Below are positions 63,963 to 64,000 of a stretch of 64,000 nucleotides of DNA, in pieces. The position numbers were made by a program, and so were the translations under genes. The DNA comes from Amoebidium appalachense (Eukaryota; Protista; Ichthyosporea): the NCBI GenBank assembly GCA_963693365.1, contig CAVNZM010000002.1, positions 10,968,328 to 11,032,327 of the forward strand, in the 5' to 3' direction. Within the stretch, counting starts at the first letter, position 1. Each line of letters starts with the position of its first letter. The notes under the pieces are model-generated. The model saw only the letters and a program-made list of their open reading frames with translations, was not told where the DNA came from and made no database searches.

Positions 63963-64000
<38 letters not shown>

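Overview
Eukaryotic genomic DNA, probably from a unicellular or non-model lineage; the taxon cannot be fixed from this window. It is extremely rich in (CA)/(GT), (CT) and poly-G/poly-C tracts, so almost all ORFs in the supplied track are microsatellite artefacts. Splicing by eye (all GT-AG, all joins in frame) gives six complete multi-exon genes: an SDR42E1-like 3-beta-hydroxysteroid dehydrogenase (-, 11 exons), a SMYD5-like SET/MYND methyltransferase (+, 9 exons), a CYP710/CYP61(ERG5)-type sterol C-22 desaturase (+, 6 exons), a WD40 protein carrying an ARMC6-like N-terminal motif (-, 4 exons), GID8/TWA1 (-, 8 exons) and a VTE5/FOLK-type phytol/farnesol kinase (+, 7 exons). There is also one intronless ~500-aa multi-pass membrane ORF and possible gene fragments at both ends. 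Non-coding content includes a 3.3-kb TA-flanked TIR element containing a 29-bp minisatellite, two MITE-like elements and several tandem duplications. The most notable observations are: (CA)n tracts replacing the polypyrimidine tract at about 16 of 39 acceptors, with several introns built as G/GT-then-C/CA fold-backs; a dispersed intronic element found only in the sense orientation; degenerate tandem copies of exon-intron junctions; the ARMC6-N/WD40 fusion; and three sterol/isoprenoid enzymes within 49 kb. Family assignments rest on recognised motifs; no database search was run.
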